Source of the DNA: Chiloscyllium plagiosum
Taxonomy: Eukaryota
Direction: 5' to 3'
NCBI RefSeq assembly: GCF_004010195.1
Contig: NC_057757.1
Location: 5,286,103 to 5,337,781 of the forward strand
DNA: 51,679 nt
A program made the position numbers and the translations under genes. Under the pieces are notes generated by a model. The model was not told the DNA's origin. It ran no database searches and was given only the letters and a program-made list of their open reading frames with translations. This document shows, piece after piece, positions 49,705-51,679 of this stretch (the stretch's first letter is position 1; the number at the start of each line of letters is the position of its first letter).

Positions 49705-50067
49705 GGGTGGCATGCTGACTCAGTGGTTAGCACTGCTGCCTCACAGCACCAGGGACCCGAGTTCGATTCCAGCCTCAGGCAACTGTCGGTGTGGAGTTTT
49801 TCAAAATTTTCCCAGTGTCTGTACGGGTTTCTTCGGGGTGCTCCGGTATCCTCCCACAGTCCAAAGATGTGCAGGTTAAGTGCTTTGGCAACGCTAAATT
49901 GCCCCATAGTGTCCAGGGATGTGCAGACTTGGTGGATTAGGCGTGGGAATTGCGGGGTTACAGGGATGGGGGGAAGGAAGGTGCAATGCTGTTTGGAGAG
50001 TCAGTGTGGACTTGATGAGCCAAATGACCAGCTTCCACACTGTAGAGATTCTGTGATGATTCTATGA
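49705..50067 (+). mobile_element. HE1-type SINE
   Basis: Head with GAGTTCGATTCC B-box, body, tail. Confidence 0.9.
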
Positions 50068-50242
50068 TACTCCATAAGCTGTGGATTAACTAGGGGGCTT
50101 TCAAAAGAGAATTGGATAAATGCTTGAGGGAGGGAAAAGCTTGCAGAGCTACAGGGAAAAGACAGGAGACTGGTGCTAACTGAACTTTTCTTTGATAGAA
50201 GCTGGTAAAGACTGGCTGGACTAAGTGGTGACTTATTCTTAT

Positions 50243-50576
50243 GGATGGCTCAGTGGTTAGTGCTGCTGCCTCACGAAGCCAGGAACCTGGGCTCGATTCC
50301 ACCCTCAGGCAGTTTGCATATTCTCACGCGTGTCTGTATGGGTTTCCTCCAGGTGCTCCGGTTTCCTCCCACAGTCCAAACATATGCAGGTTAAGGGTAG
50401 ATTGGCCAAGCTAAATTGTCCCACAGTGTCTAGGGATGTGCAGGGTAAGTGGCTTGGCCATGGGAAATGTAGGGTTACAGGGATGGGGTGGGTCTGGGTG
50501 GGATGGTCTTCGGAGGGGTGGTGTGGACTCGATGGGCCAAATGGTCTGCTTCCACGCTGTAGGGATTCTGTGATTC
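50243..50576 (+). mobile_element. HE1-type SINE
   Basis: Head, body, tail. Confidence 0.9.
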
Positions 50577-50721
50577 TGGTTATTTTTCTTTATCAATGTT
50601 TTTGCATTGCTTGAAGTAATAGTCCGGTTTTACTATTCTGTTGCAATTTACTGTTATGCACGGACTTGGTTGAAGAGTGCCCAATTCTTATGTTTCCCGA
50701 TTTCTGTTTAATATTTTGAAG

Positions 50722-50831
50722 GTGAAAGGGATAGAAATCCCAAAGGCAGTGATGTGAAGTGCAAGGTGAATGAAAAGAGCTCATTAGTAAAGCAAACTGA
50801 AGAGCCAGATACAGAATTAAAAAGGATGAAG
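50722..50831 (+). CDS. Gene X exon 8 (GERDRNPKGSDVKCKVNEKSSLVKQTEEPDTELKRMK), phase 1-0; gene presumably continues past the window
   Basis: tttctgtttaatattttgaag| ... AAG|gtattt; 110 nt, purine-rich, phase matches exon 7. Confidence 0.72.
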
Positions 50832-51456
50832 GTATTTCTTCCAAAGTAGTTTTTTCCCCTTGTTTGCGATGTGTTTTCTTTTTTGGTTGTATGAATCAGA
50901 ACTGGACTAGAAATCCTGTCTCATCCTGAGCCATGTGTACACACAGTACTTCGAACAGGGCAGGTTTGGAGGAGTTTGCTATTCTGAAGTATTAATGAAA
51001 TAGAGAGAGACTGCAGAATGTTTTCAGGAATCTGGCTGTCCTTGTACATAAATCATGAAACAAAAGGTGAGTAATGGGAAGGCCAATGGAATGTTGGCCT
51101 TTGTTAAAAAGGGATTGCAGTTTAAAACCTGGTTACTACTGTCGGGTGCATTGGCAAGATTGCAGCTAGAGCAGTGTGTGCAGTTTTGGTCTCTTACTGC
51201 AGGCGGGATACACTTACAGTGGAGACAGTTCACAAAAGGTTCCTTCAGCTGATTTTTGACATGTGTGGGTTTGTTTTCTGAGGGAAGGTGGGCCTATATT
51301 CATTGGGAGAATGACAGGTGATCTTATTGAAAAACTTCAGCTTCTAAGGGGACTTGGTCGGGCAGATGATTAGGGAATTTATGCGTGGAGCCAGAGGAAA
51401 TGGGTGAGGTACATAATGAATACCCCAGACAGTTGATGCATTTGGGAGATCAAATG

Positions 51457-51679
51457 GAGTCCTAGAGATGTACAGCACAGAAACAGACGCGTCGGTCCAA
51501 TTATCCATGCCAACCAAGTTATTGTAACCTAATCTAGTCCCGTTTGCCAGAACTTGGCCCATATCCCTCCGAACCCTTCCTATTCATATAGCCACCCAGA
51601 TGCCTCTTAAATGCTGTAATTATACCAGCCTCCACCACTTCCTCTGGCAGCTCATTCCATACACGCTTCACCCTCTGTG
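51457..51679 (-). mobile_element. CR1 3' end (runs off the window)
   Basis: Matches the other CR1 tails. Confidence 0.88.

Noticed and set aside
31104..50831. Naming gene X as TOR1AIP1, CDCA5, SENP7 or ZCWPW1
   Set aside because: Only compositional or 4-5-residue resemblances; exon structure and diagnostic motifs do not match what I recall.
50900..50960. Possible ninth exon after atgaatcag
   Set aside because: The phase-0 reading stops after nine codons and the implied intron is only about 68 nt; no support.

Overview
This is vertebrate, repeat-rich genomic DNA, very probably from a shark (HER1/CR1 LINEs, HE1-type tRNA SINEs, Penelope-like elements). Most of the window is transposon debris, and most ORFs in the supplied track are TE-derived or artefacts of the two N gaps. 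Non-repeat content found by reading the sequence: (1) the terminal coding exon of an erythropoietin (EPO)-like gene at 10765-10911 (+), which has Q at the position of human R150; (2) a decayed, frameshifted POP7/Rpp20 remnant at about 16775-17035 (+), matching the known EPO-POP7 linkage; (3) a CpG-island, YY1-rich, apparently bidirectional promoter at about 30640-31250; (4) an unidentified spliced gene on + with eight phase-compatible exons (31104-50831, about 231-234 codons, continuing beyond the window), containing an internally duplicated two-exon module, one copy of which appears to carry a compensated frameshift; (5) Penelope-derived hammerhead-ribozyme cores and short fold-back insertions. 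All protein and repeat identifications were made by eye from remembered family sequences; no database search was run. Repeat boundaries are approximate.
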